64,000 nucleotides of DNA from positions 32,001 through 96,000 of the forward strand of contig CAWGMQ010000007.1 of assembly GCA_963823665.1 (NCBI GenBank), read 5' to 3'. This stretch comes from an uncultured Planctomycetota bacterium. GTDB taxonomy: Bacteria > Planctomycetota > Planctomycetia > Isosphaerales > Isosphaeraceae. Below are positions 54,261 through 64,000 of the stretch, piece after piece. The notes below the pieces were generated by a model. It was not told the DNA's origin. It ran no database searches and saw only the letters and a list, made by a program, of their open reading frames with translations. The translations under genes were made by a program, and so were the position numbers. Numbering within the stretch: position 1 is the first letter of the stretch; each line of letters starts with the position of its first letter.

Positions 54261-55616
54261 CTAAGCAAGCTGCGCTTCGGGCATCGCGAGCACGCCTCGC
54301 ACGGCCTCAGTCATCGACCGGCGCCGTAGATGATCGAGCGCTCGCGGAGTTCCGAGGATGAGGAGAGCCAGGGCGTCGGCCCAGCGATCAGGCCCGTCGA
54401 GCCCGTATTTCGCGGCGACCTGGGAGTCTCTGGAGTCATCGCCGGCCATCGCAGTCGCAAAGCCAGCGCGAGCGAGTATGGTCGGTCCGCGCAGCCAGTC
54501 GAGGCCGTCGGGCCAGCCCGCCACGTTTGGAGGGTAGAACAGCCTCTGGCCCATGCGCGCCAGCCGGCCATCCAGCTCGATGAAGTCTGGCGGCGGGTCG
54601 AATCGCTCGCACGCGCGAATGGCGCCAACCACGAGCTCCACCGGTCCCTTCACGCGCTTGCCGCGGCACCAATCCGAGAAGAACAGACGTGAGCGCAGGA
54701 TCAGCTCGATTCCCCGCGCCACGTCGACGTCACCCTCCACGCGCATTACCTTCGCCAGCGAATCGATCACGCCGGGCGGAATCGCGACACCATCGGCGAC
54801 AAACGCACGGAACAGCCGGCCCGCGATGTGAACAGCCGCCGACGGCTCGGCGCACGCAATCCGAACAACGTCTTCCGTCGTCCAGTTGCCGGTCTGGCCC
54901 AGGATGGTTTTGGGCAACGCGTCATGTTCGTCTTCATCGAAGCGGATCGCTTCGGGATTGTACGACGTGCCCTCCCAGCCCGTGAAGGCTCTCGAGACCG
55001 CTCGAATATCAGCCTCGGAGTAATTCCCTTCGCCCAGAGCGAAGAGCTCGAGGAACTCGCGGGCGAGGTTTTCATTCGGCTGCGACTTGCGACTCGCGAC
55101 CCCATCGAGCCAGACGAGCATCGCTCGATCGGTGAGCATTCGCAGATGGAGCTTCGAGATCCTCGACCGCCAGAGCTCGCGCTGGGCGAGGTTCTGTTCG
55201 AGCATCGAGAGCGGGTTATTCACCTTCTGATTACTTGTCGCGTAGTGCCCGTGCCAGACGAGCGTCATCCGCTCGGCCAGCGCGTGGGCCGAAAAGATCA
55301 AACGAAAAAACCAGAGATACTGGATGCGCTCGATGCTCGGCTCGCGCCGGGCCGAGCTGACCATCGCCTCGGCGATCTCGTTGATCTCGCCTGCCGTTCG
55401 GCCGTCCGGGCCGTGCGCCTCGCCATCCAGGATTCGGCGCAATGCGCGCTCGAAGCCTTCTGCCGAATCTCGACGAACCTGCCCCCAGGTCGCACCCATT
55501 CCGGCGCGTCGGTGCAGATGGGCCACTTTGGCTAAGTCCCACTGGTCCGATCCCTCGGGATGCCAGGGAGACCAGCAGGCTTCGGGGTCGCTCTGGGTGT
55601 CGCTGTGCAATCGCAT
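54261..55616 (-). CDS. DUF1800 protein
   Basis: HLHRRAG, ERMTLVWHGHYATS..KV, AMLVWLD, PNENLAREFLELFALG, PPNVAGW. Confidence 0.92.
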   Translation of the reverse strand: MRLHSDTQSDPEACWSPWHPEGSDQWDLAKVAHLHRRAGMGATWGQVRRDSAEGFERALRRILDGEAHGPDGRTAGEINEIAEAMVSSARREPSIERIQYLWFFRLIFSAHALAERMTLVWHGHYATSNQKVNNPLSMLEQNLAQRELWRSRISKLHLRMLTDRAMLVWLDGVASRKSQPNENLAREFLELFALGEGNYSEADIRAVSRAFTGWEGTSYNPEAIRFDEDEHDALPKTILGQTGNWTTEDVVRIACAEPSAAVHIAGRLFRAFVADGVAIPPGVIDSLAKVMRVEGDVDVARGIELILRSRLFFSDWCRGKRVKGPVELVVGAIRACERFDPPPDFIELDGRLARMGQRLFYPPNVAGWPDGLDWLRGPTILARAGFATAMAGDDSRDSQVAAKYGLDGPDRWADALALLILGTPRALDHLRRRSMTEAVRGVLAMPEAQLA

Positions 55617-58547
55617 CAGTCGCCCTCCTTCTGCTGCGTAACGACAACCTTCCCCAGATCGCGCACCTCGCCGGGCTTGAGCGCCGCGATCGCGTGGTAC
55701 ATCTCGCCCCCCTGCACGTAGTAGCGCACGCCGGGTATGAGCGTGTCGTAGTTGAATTCCGCGGGATAGCTCTGGAGGAGCGGCTCCATCGTGAACATGA
55801 GATAGGGAACCACATGTGATTGATCGAAAAAATCATTTCTCGTCAGCTCACGATCCCCCTTCGTCAAATCGATCCAGGCGAGGATTTGCGTTCTCTGGAG
55901 CGGCCGGCCCTTCTGGTCCACCACTGTTCCCTTCGCGGTGGCCGCCCGCTGAAGCCGGACGACAAGTGGCCCCTTCGGGTCGTACTTGAGCTCCGCGACT
56001 GCACCGAGCTTGAGCTTGGGCTCTATGAAGAAGACGCGGTACGTGCGTTCCGGGTCAGCGCCATCAAGCCGGAAGCGACCCTCGGGAAATGCCTGCGGCG
56101 ACCCCCAGTTTTGAAGCTGGCTTGCCATCATTTCCTGGCACCACCCCATGACCAGCCCCGCCGCTGCCCCATCGCGTCCGACCAGGCGGGCCTCGAGTTT
56201 CACTCCCTTCCGAAGCGTGAGCCTCGTCTCGGGGGTCTCTTTGTTTTTGTCGTCCGGCAAGTCAATTCGGGCGAATGCGTGCGGATAAGCTTGCGCCGAG
56301 CGGCGAGATCCGGACTCGCTGATCGCCACGCGGATGAAGTCGGGTGTGGGCCCTTCAACTGCCAGCAGACCCGGACCGGGCAAAGCGGCGAGCGCGAACT
56401 TTCCATCGGAGTCGGTCAGCACCGGGCTGTTGAAGTGGTATTCACTCTTGTTGTGTGGATTGCTCGGATCCGGCTGGTAGACCACGCTGGCGCCTGGGAC
56501 AGGCGATCCCCCCTCAGCCTGCACGACGCGGCCTCGGACAACGCGGCCTCTGGACACCGCAACGTTGACTTCGAGGACTTTCGCTCCCGAAGGCCACTGA
56601 TTCTGCCGTTTCTCGATCGGAATAAAACCCGACCCTGGATCGGGGTATACCGTAACCCAGAAGGATTCTCCAGCGCCGCCCGCCACGCGGTAGCGGCCGG
56701 TTGCATCCGTCGTGGCCCGAACGGCCATGAATCCCCCGTAACGATTCGTCCCCCGCGTTGGCAGCATGTTGATCAGAAACCCGCCCAATGGCTGGCCGGT
56801 CTCCCCGTCGGTGACAATCCCGGTCACCGGTCGCGCCGGCTCCAAGGTATGGGTGAACCGAGCGCCCACCGGCTTGACGTCGAATGCGCGCAACCAATCG
56901 GTTGGCGCCAGCCCCGTCGAAACGATGATGTCGTCATCGGCAAAATCAGAATGCCGGAAGTGAAGGTGAGCGACGACTTTTTCGGGCACGATTCCTTCGA
57001 TTCGGAATCGGCCATCCGCGCCGGTCGTCCATGACTCTGGCCAGTAGTCCGGCCGGAACTCCTCGTCGTAATTGACGCGGCCGCCAGAGACCCACTCGCC
57101 CTCGAGCTCACTGTCGCCTTCGTGAAATTCTTCTAGCAAAACCTTGACTCCGGCCGCCGGCGCTCCGGCCGGAGTCAAGAGCCTCCCCTCGATCGTCACC
57201 GGCGAGCGAAGTCGAAACGTCAGCCTCTCGTCCTTGCCGTCACTTTCTTTCACGGACTCGCCGAAGAATATGCGGCCGGAGATTCCGCTCCCCTTCGCCC
57301 TGACGATCACCGTGCGACCGGGAAAGTGCTCAGCGTCGAATTCTGCCGTGAGACCGAACCGGCCCGCGGTATCGGTCAAGGTCGAGGCTAGCGGTCTCCA
57401 CTCGCTCGTCGGGTTTCTCTTTGGATCCCTTGGGCCGCGCCATCCGGCTGCGCTCGAACCGCGGATGCGCGAGCCAGAAAACCTCCGCGCCTGCGAGTGG
57501 TTTGCCGTCAGGTGCGAGCACGGTGCCTTTGATTGTGTGTCTCCGTGAGGATTCCAGGCGATCAGCCGGCCCGCCCTGCGCCAACGGCTCGACTACCGGC
57601 TGAGGCCCGGTCGTGACGACCGTCTGGACAGCCGCCTTCGCGGGCTGCGCCGGCGTCAATTCCGCGCCGATTCCCACGGCCAGGCACGCAATCGCCGCCA
57701 CGGACAATACGGCGGCCGCCGTCGCTTTGCCGCTTCCCGTCATGATCGTCGATCCTGCTCGGGTCAGGCCGGCGAGTCGGCTGCCGGCGACGGCGGCGAT
57801 TGCCTCACCCGCCGCAACTCGCACGGCAGCGTGAAGCGTTGCCTGGACGCATACGGGCGACACGGCACACGCCTCTCTCGCGACCGAAAGCACCATCGCC
57901 GACGCGGCTGGAGCAAACCCTCGGCGCACCAGCCGCGTCCGCAACCGTTCCCGCGCTCCGGAGAGCCGTCGCCGCACAGTGGCTTCACCGCATCTCAACT
58001 CAAGGGCAGCCTGGGCGTGAGTCAACCCTTCGAGGTAGCACAAGACGATGGGCAGCCGTAGCTTGGCCGGCAGTCGCGCCAGCTCTTCGTGGAGCACGGG
58101 ATGGATGTCCTCACCAGAAGTGCTTTGCGCTAGACTCATCGCCGCTACCTCCGCTGCTTGACGCTCATGAACGCGGCGCCGTGCGGCATCAATACTCGCC
58201 CGGACCGCGATGCGGTAGGCCACGCGATGCAGCCAGCCGCCAAGCCCGCCATCGACCCACGCCGAGCCGGCCTTCCGCGCCAGAACGAGAAACGTCGCTT
58301 GAAACGCATCCTCCGCATCGACCGAATCGCGCAATACGCCCCGGCACACCGCCATCACCATTGGCCCATGCCGAGTCATGAGCGCGACGAAGGCCCCTTC
58401 GTCGCGATGGACGGCAAACCGGCCGAGCAGTTGCGTGTCGGACGCGCCGCTGGTGCTGCCCTCAGAAAACAGTGCCTGAATGTGCCGCAAAGCGGCCCCG
58501 AGTCGCGCGCCTGCCATCGCGGATCCCTCCTTGTTGTTTGGTTCCAT
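55616..58547 (-). CDS. ECF sigma factor with TM helix and carboxypeptidase-regulatory-like domains (frameshift near 57385)
   Basis: Sigma regions 2/4 in ORF 57330..58547; extracytoplasmic repeats in ORF 55616..57379; close paralog of 58640..61528. Start 58547 or 58517. Confidence 0.9.
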
Positions 58548-58582
58548 CTCTATTCAGGTGCGAGGGAGGGCGGTCCGATCAA
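58543..58582 (-). promoter_or_regulatory. Candidate ECF-dependent promoter, copy 1
   Basis: Minus strand TTGATCGGA-N18-GAATAGAGATGGA; identical boxes at 61555-61594. Confidence 0.6.
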
Positions 58583-58639
58583 ATTCTTTTCTGGAAACTC
58601 GGATTGTTTCGGCCCGTTTCAAGGCGCGGCCCCATTGCA

Positions 58640-61528
58640 TCAGTCAGCATCCTTTCGTTTGACAACAATCTTCCCGAGATCCCGCACCTCGCCCGGCTTC
58701 AAGGCCCCGATCGCGTGGTACGTCTCGTTGGCTCCGACATAGTAGCGCACTCCGGCGATCAGGTTGTCGTAATTGAACTCGGCGGGGTAGTTGGATCGCA
58801 AGTTCTCCCATGTGAAGATCGGATACGCGGCCGCCATGGACTCGTCGTTGAAGTCCTCGCCCTTCAGCTCGCGATCCTCCTTGGTCAAGACGATCCAGGG
58901 CAGGATCTGGATTTCGTTGAGCGGCCGCCCTTTCTCGTCGACCACGATTCCCCGGGCGGTGGCCGTCGGCTGAAGCCGGACGATGATCGGTCCCTTGGGG
59001 TCGTATTTCAGCTCAGCCCGTGCGCCCAGCTTTCGCTTGGCGTGGACGAAGAAGACCCGATAGCTTCGCTCGGGGTCAGCCCCTTGGAGCGTGAATCGGC
59101 CGTCGGGAAGGGCGCCTGGCGAAACCCAGTTCTCGAGCTGGCTGGCCATCCACTCCTCGCACCAACCCATCGCCATATCAACGCGTGCCCCGTCCGGCCC
59201 GACGAGAAGGGCCTCGAGCCTAACTCCCTTGTGAAGCGTGATCCGCGCATCGGCTGCCGCTTTGTCTGTCTCCGCTGGCAGGCCGATCCAGGTGAATCCG
59301 TGGGGTCGGGCGAGCGGCGATTGAATCAGAGTGGGCCCGGTTACCGCGACGCGAATGTAATCGGGTGTCGGCCCTTCAACCGCCAGCAGCCCCTCTCCCG
59401 GTAGCGCCGTGAGCGCGAACGCACCGTGCTCGTCGGTCAAGACCGGATTGTCGAAGTCATAGTCGCCGTCGTCCGACGAATTGTTCGGGCCGGGCTGATA
59501 CACGACGCTCGCACGAGCGACTGGCTTGCCCTCCTTGCCCTCGAGCACGCGGCCACGGACGATGCGGCCCTTGGGCAGCGCCAGATCCACGTTCAGCACC
59601 CTGGAGCCAACGGGCCATTTGTTGTTTTGCGTTTGCAGCGGAAGGTACCCGGATGCAGGGTCGGGGTAGGACATGACGCAAAACGTGTCGCCGGCACGGC
59701 CCGCCGCGCGGTAACGGCCCGATGCATCCGTCTTGACCGCTACGGATATTTCTCCACCGTAACGCGGCGTCATTCGCGACGGAATCATCTCGATGCGCAC
59801 GCCGCCCAGCGGCCGGCCGGTCTCCTTGTCGGTGACGATCCCGATCACCGGGCGCGCCGGCTCGAGCGTGTGTGTGAAATGAGCATCGGCCGGCTTGACC
59901 TTGAACGCGCGCAACCCGTCGTTCACCGCCAAGCCGGTGGAAACAAGCAGATCGTCGTCGGCGAAATCAGGATGGCGGAATTGGAGCGCTGCAAACATCT
60001 TCTCGGGAACGATTCCCTCGATCCGAAATCTCCCGTCGGCGTCGGTCGTCCATGACTTCGGCCAGAGCTCCGGAGAAGATTGATCGTCCGTGTCGTCCCA
60101 CGGTGCGACGCCTTCGCAGTCGAGCGCGTTCTTCGAGTCGCTCAAACCCTGGAGAACGATCTTGACACCCTTCGCCGGCGCGCCGGCTGCGGTCAAGAGC
60201 CTGCCCTCGATCGTCACCGGCTTGCGCAGCCGGAACGTGAGCCGTTCGTCGTTGCGGGCGCCTTCCCTCACTGTGTCACCGAAGAAGGACCTGGCGGAGA
60301 GGCCCGCACCCTTGGCCTTGACGATGACCATTCGGCCCGGAACGCGCTCGCCGGCGAACTTCGCAGCCAGCTCAAAGCGCCCTCGGGAGTCGCTCCTGGC
60401 AACCGCAAGCATCCTCGTCCGGTCCTCGGGTCTCTCCTTGAATTCCTTCGGCATGGCAACCAAACTGCTCGACGTCGCCGGTGTGCCAGCCCAAAAAACC
60501 GTCGCATCAGCCAGAGGCTTGCCGTCGGGCGCAATCACCAATCCTTGAATGGTGTGTTTCTGTAATGAAGCTTCGCGCGGCGACGACTGGGCCTGCCGCG
60601 GATTCTCGGCCTGCGGATATGCGACCGGGTCGATGTCATTCCTGGTCGAACCGCCCGCGTTCTTTCCGTCGAGCGCCGCGATGCCGGCACCTGCGCAAGC
60701 GAGCGCCGCAACAGCAAGCACGGCACAAGCCGCCATTTTTCCGCTGTCAGTCATGATCGTCAGTCCGGCCTCGGATAATACGGCCAGCCGGTTGCCTGCG
60801 ACGGCTGCGATCGCCTCACGTGCCGCCACACGCGCCGCCGCGCGAAGCGTTGATTCAGCAACCGCAGGCGGCACCGCTCCCGCCTCCCTGGCAACCGCAA
60901 TCACCGCAGCCGAGGCGGCGGGTGCAAACCCCCTGCGTACGAGCCGATTCCGCAGCCGCTCGCGTGCCCCCGCGAGACGTCGCCTCACCGTCGCCTCACC
61001 GCATCTCAATTGAGACGCAGCTTGTGCATGCGTCAGCCCTTCGAGGTAGCACAAGACAAGCGGCAAGCGCAGCTTGGCCGGCAGTCGCGCCAGCTCCTCA
61101 TGGAGTGCCGGCTGGATGGCGTCATCGGAATTACCCTGCGAGATCCCCATCGCCGCCACCTCCGCCGCGCGACGTTCATGCGTCTGCCGCCGTGCGGCAT
61201 CGTTCCGCGCGCGGACGGCGACCCGGTAAGCCACTCGATGCAGCCAGCCGCCAAGCTGACCTTCTGCCCACTCCGAGCCAGCCTTTCTCGCCAGAGCCAG
61301 AAACGTGGCCTGAAGCACGTCCTCGGCGTCGGACTCGTCGCGCAGCACGCCCCGGCATACCGTCATCACCATCGGGCCATGCCGGGCCATCAGTGCGGCA
61401 AACGCCGCTTCGTCGCGGAAGCAGGAAAACCGACGCAACAGACTTGTGTCGGAAGCACCGGTGGTACTGCCGTCGGCAAAGAGCACCTGAATCTGCCGCA
61501 GTGCGGCTCCAAGTCGCGCACCTTCCAT
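58640..61528 (-). CDS. ECF sigma factor with TM helix and carboxypeptidase-regulatory-like domains
   Basis: Intact 962 aa ORF; ARHGPMVMTVC, LPAKLRLPLVLCYLEGLTHAQAA; repeated GxVxxxDGKPxxxA / TDxxGRF units. Confidence 0.93.
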   Translation of the reverse strand: MEGARLGAALRQIQVLFADGSTTGASDTSLLRRFSCFRDEAAFAALMARHGPMVMTVCRGVLRDESDAEDVLQATFLALARKAGSEWAEGQLGGWLHRVAYRVAVRARNDAARRQTHERRAAEVAAMGISQGNSDDAIQPALHEELARLPAKLRLPLVLCYLEGLTHAQAASQLRCGEATVRRRLAGARERLRNRLVRRGFAPAASAAVIAVAREAGAVPPAVAESTLRAAARVAAREAIAAVAGNRLAVLSEAGLTIMTDSGKMAACAVLAVAALACAGAGIAALDGKNAGGSTRNDIDPVAYPQAENPRQAQSSPREASLQKHTIQGLVIAPDGKPLADATVFWAGTPATSSSLVAMPKEFKERPEDRTRMLAVARSDSRGRFELAAKFAGERVPGRMVIVKAKGAGLSARSFFGDTVREGARNDERLTFRLRKPVTIEGRLLTAAGAPAKGVKIVLQGLSDSKNALDCEGVAPWDDTDDQSSPELWPKSWTTDADGRFRIEGIVPEKMFAALQFRHPDFADDDLLVSTGLAVNDGLRAFKVKPADAHFTHTLEPARPVIGIVTDKETGRPLGGVRIEMIPSRMTPRYGGEISVAVKTDASGRYRAAGRAGDTFCVMSYPDPASGYLPLQTQNNKWPVGSRVLNVDLALPKGRIVRGRVLEGKEGKPVARASVVYQPGPNNSSDDGDYDFDNPVLTDEHGAFALTALPGEGLLAVEGPTPDYIRVAVTGPTLIQSPLARPHGFTWIGLPAETDKAAADARITLHKGVRLEALLVGPDGARVDMAMGWCEEWMASQLENWVSPGALPDGRFTLQGADPERSYRVFFVHAKRKLGARAELKYDPKGPIIVRLQPTATARGIVVDEKGRPLNEIQILPWIVLTKEDRELKGEDFNDESMAAAYPIFTWENLRSNYPAEFNYDNLIAGVRYYVGANETYHAIGALKPGEVRDLGKIVVKRKDAD

Positions 61529-61554
61529 GACAAAACCCTCGTGGGTATTCTGGC

Positions 61555-61594
61555 TCCATCTCTATTCTGGCGCGACCAAGGACATTCCGATCAA
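61555..61594 (-). promoter_or_regulatory. Candidate ECF-dependent promoter, copy 2
   Basis: Same two boxes and 18-nt spacing as 58543-58582, with a diverged spacer. Confidence 0.6.
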
Positions 61595-61675
61595 TTATTA
61601 TCTCAAGCAGCGGATTTTCCGTCTTGAGTCGTGCGAAAGCTCAGCGGCCGGAACAATGGCTGTACTGGAACCGTG

Positions 61676-63031
61676 TTATTGCTCGGTCACGGCGGTAATT
61701 GGACGCGGTACACTGGCTTTTCCCAGTCGAGTGGTCGTCGAGCTTGGAAGCGCAGCGCGGAGCGCCTCGACGCCCTCCGCGGTCACTTCCGTGCCCCCAA
61801 CGACGAGTGATTTGAGCGATTTCAAGTTGTAGAGATGCTTGAGCCCATCGTCGCTTATACTAACCCCTTCGACGTAGAGCTGTTCAAGCCCAGTGAGCCT
61901 TGAAAGTGACTCGAGACCGGCGTCGGTGATATTTGTACCGCGAAGGCTTAACCAGCGTAGCGATTTCATCTCGCAGAGCTGCCGCAATCCTTCGTCCCCC
62001 ACGGTGGTCCGGTTGAGGTTCAACCATCGGAGCCTCTTGAGCGATTGAAGATTCCCCACACCGGCATCGGTGACTCGCGAGCCGGCCACGTTCAGGACCT
62101 CGAGGTGTGTTAATCCTCTGAGGCGGGCCAAGCCGGAGTCTGTGATCTTGGCGCTTTGTCCCTCGATCTGGAGTCCTTCGAGCGCGGTGAACGCACGCAA
62201 GTCGGCCAGCGCGGCATCCGTGACTTTGGTGCCGCTTAGCAGCAGGTGCTTCAGACCAGGGAAGTTCAATGATAGGAAGTGAACCCCTTGGTCGGTCACG
62301 CCGGGGTTGCCGTTCAAATTCAGGATGCCGAGCTTCTTCAGCTTGACCAGGCTGGACAATCCAGCGTCGGAAACGTTCGCCTTGCTGACCCACAAGACCT
62401 CGAGATCAGCGAGCCCTTCCAGTTGCGCGAGCCCGGCATCGGTGACGTTCGTGTTCTGCAGCCGGAGCTCGCTCACCGACGATAGGCCCGAGAAGTCGGC
62501 GAGCAAGGAGTCGTTCACTCCTTTGCCGTCAAGGTGCACTTCGGTCAGACGCGGCAGAGCACGAAGGCGGACGGTCCGGTCGCCACTCGGCCGGGTGAGC
62601 GAAATCTCCAGGACCTTCAATTGTCCCATCCCAGATATCGTCGTGCCTGGAGGGGGGTTTGTGATCCGGAGCCGCTCGAGCAAATCGAATTCACCGATCG
62701 CTGAGAGCGCGACCTTTGCGTCGGCCTCCTCGAACTGCGAAAGATCCAATTTATTGACCACCGTCACATCATGAAAGAACTCCTCCGGGAGTACTCCGAG
62801 CAACCACGCCGGCGGCCACGGCCTTCCATTTGGTTGGATTTGATCGTGCTTGAGCTGATAGTCAAACAGCACAACTCCCTTCGCCTTTCGGACCGCGGCG
62901 ACCGGCCGCTGGCGCCTGTGCATGCGATTGACCGTCCAGCCGAACCCGCCCCCGAGAACCAGCACCAAGAGCATCAGCACGCGCAGGCTCATGGAATAAC
63001 GTCTCGACTTTCCCGCCGACCTCGTGTTCAT
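61676..63031 (-). CDS. Membrane-anchored leucine-rich repeat protein
   Basis: SLRVLMLLVLVLGGGFGW anchor; many ~24-aa LxxLxLxxTxVTDAGLxxL repeats. Confidence 0.92.
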   Translation of the reverse strand: MNTRSAGKSRRYSMSLRVLMLLVLVLGGGFGWTVNRMHRRQRPVAAVRKAKGVVLFDYQLKHDQIQPNGRPWPPAWLLGVLPEEFFHDVTVVNKLDLSQFEEADAKVALSAIGEFDLLERLRITNPPPGTTISGMGQLKVLEISLTRPSGDRTVRLRALPRLTEVHLDGKGVNDSLLADFSGLSSVSELRLQNTNVTDAGLAQLEGLADLEVLWVSKANVSDAGLSSLVKLKKLGILNLNGNPGVTDQGVHFLSLNFPGLKHLLLSGTKVTDAALADLRAFTALEGLQIEGQSAKITDSGLARLRGLTHLEVLNVAGSRVTDAGVGNLQSLKRLRWLNLNRTTVGDEGLRQLCEMKSLRWLSLRGTNITDAGLESLSRLTGLEQLYVEGVSISDDGLKHLYNLKSLKSLVVGGTEVTAEGVEALRAALPSSTTTRLGKASVPRPITAVTEQ

Positions 63032-63221
63032 GGAGTTTGCCTGTCATTGTAGAAAGAACGGCGCCGACGGAGTGTGATGAAAGGCTCTTCTCGCTGCGCT
63101 TATAGATACTCATTCTGGTCGGTCTGTTGCCAGCAGGTCCGTACAGAATTCCTGAAAAATGGGATTGGTCGTCCTTCCACGCGACAATATCTCGCAGAAA
63201 CGCGACATCCGCTTTAACAAG

Positions 63222-64000
63222 GCGCGACCGCTCGCTCGCCGCATGGCTTTACGGCGTCGCGCTTCGTGTGGCCGCTTGTGCGCGATCGCGAAAAGCGAGA
63301 ACGCAGCGGCACGAGCGGAGGTTCTCAGTGATGACGACGCAATGGAGGGCCAGCGGCGACGGACAGAGCACGAGCCAGTCCGTCGATGACATGGTCCGCG
63401 TCCTCCACGAAGAGATCGACCGCTTGCCTGTGAATTACCGCGCGGCAGTGGTGTTGTGCTATTTGCAGGGGCTCACGCACGACCAGACGGCCGATCAGTT
63501 GGGCTGGCCGGTGGGGACGGTGCGGAGCCGGCTAGCCAGGGCACGAGATCGTTTGCGCATTGGGCTCACCCGGCGTGGTATGGCGCCTTCGGTCTTGCCA
63601 GCCCTGTTACTTGGATCAGCGCCGGCCCGCGACACGACATTTGCCAGCATTTCGGTTCCAGCCGCTTTGGTGGAGGCCACGACGCACGGTGCCATGCGGG
63701 CCGGTCTGGGAAGCGCCGCAGTGGCCGGTATTGTTTCGGCCGAAGCGGTCACCTTGCTGAGGAGTGCATTGCGATGCATGATCATCACGAAGGTGACATC
63801 GGTGACGGCGGCGGTGCTCTCAACCGGGCTGATCGTGACTGGAGCAGGCTTGATGGCCTATACGCGCCGGGGACAAGCGACCACTCTTAAGTCCGGTCGC
63901 TCGCATGAGCAGGCTCCGCACGAATCGGCTCAGAAGAACGTCGGGAAGAAGGCAGGCGATGCGAAGACGCCCGAGGATCAGCTCGATGCGCTCCTGAGAG
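63222..64000 (+). pseudogene. 5'-truncated ECF sigma factor (3' end runs off the window)
   Basis: RDRSLAAWLYGVALRVA...LHEEIDRLPVNYRAAVVLCYLQGLTHDQTADQLGWPVGTVRSRLARAR, then TM; the RHGPMV/DAFQ part of region 2 is absent and an in-frame TGA lies at about 63154. Confidence 0.7.

Noticed and set aside
55616..61528. Diversity-generating retroelement TR/VR pair between the similar 3' ends of the ECF paralogs
   Set aside because: No reverse transcriptase in the window; similarity spans whole genes and differences do not look adenine-specific.

Overview
GC-rich bacterial chromosome segment, most likely from a planctomycete (Isosphaeraceae-like). The lineage call rests on five membrane-anchored ECF sigma factors, TIGR03067, DUF1501/DUF1800, a Ser/Thr kinase-TPR protein, Uma2 and LRR genes. 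Core genes: rpsB-tsf-pyrH-frr plus tRNA-Val(GAC); a sulfatase plus an sbp-cysT-cysW-cysA sulfate uptake operon; UbiD decarboxylase; M28 peptidase with two GT-C glycosyltransferases; an ABC exporter fused to DUF1854; cytochrome P450. An accessory region (about 25-36.7 kb) next to the tRNA 3' end holds IS1182-, IS3- and IS630-family elements and a decayed AbiEi/AbiEii module. About 12 genes, including essential pyrH, carry small-indel frameshifts, which points to long-read assembly error rather than real pseudogenes. The least-explained signal is non-coding: five same-strand copies of a ~55-60 bp core (TTCGTTTTGTA.ATT.G.CGCGC.TCCTT-N7-AAGGA.TA.G.GAAC), same-strand mixed hexamer microsatellites (R-M-T-C-N-N, mostly ending in T) that are often linked to the core, an IS inserted exactly inside one of these microsatellites, and a three-unit array with 68-bp period. 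All family assignments come from motif recognition by eye; no searches were run.
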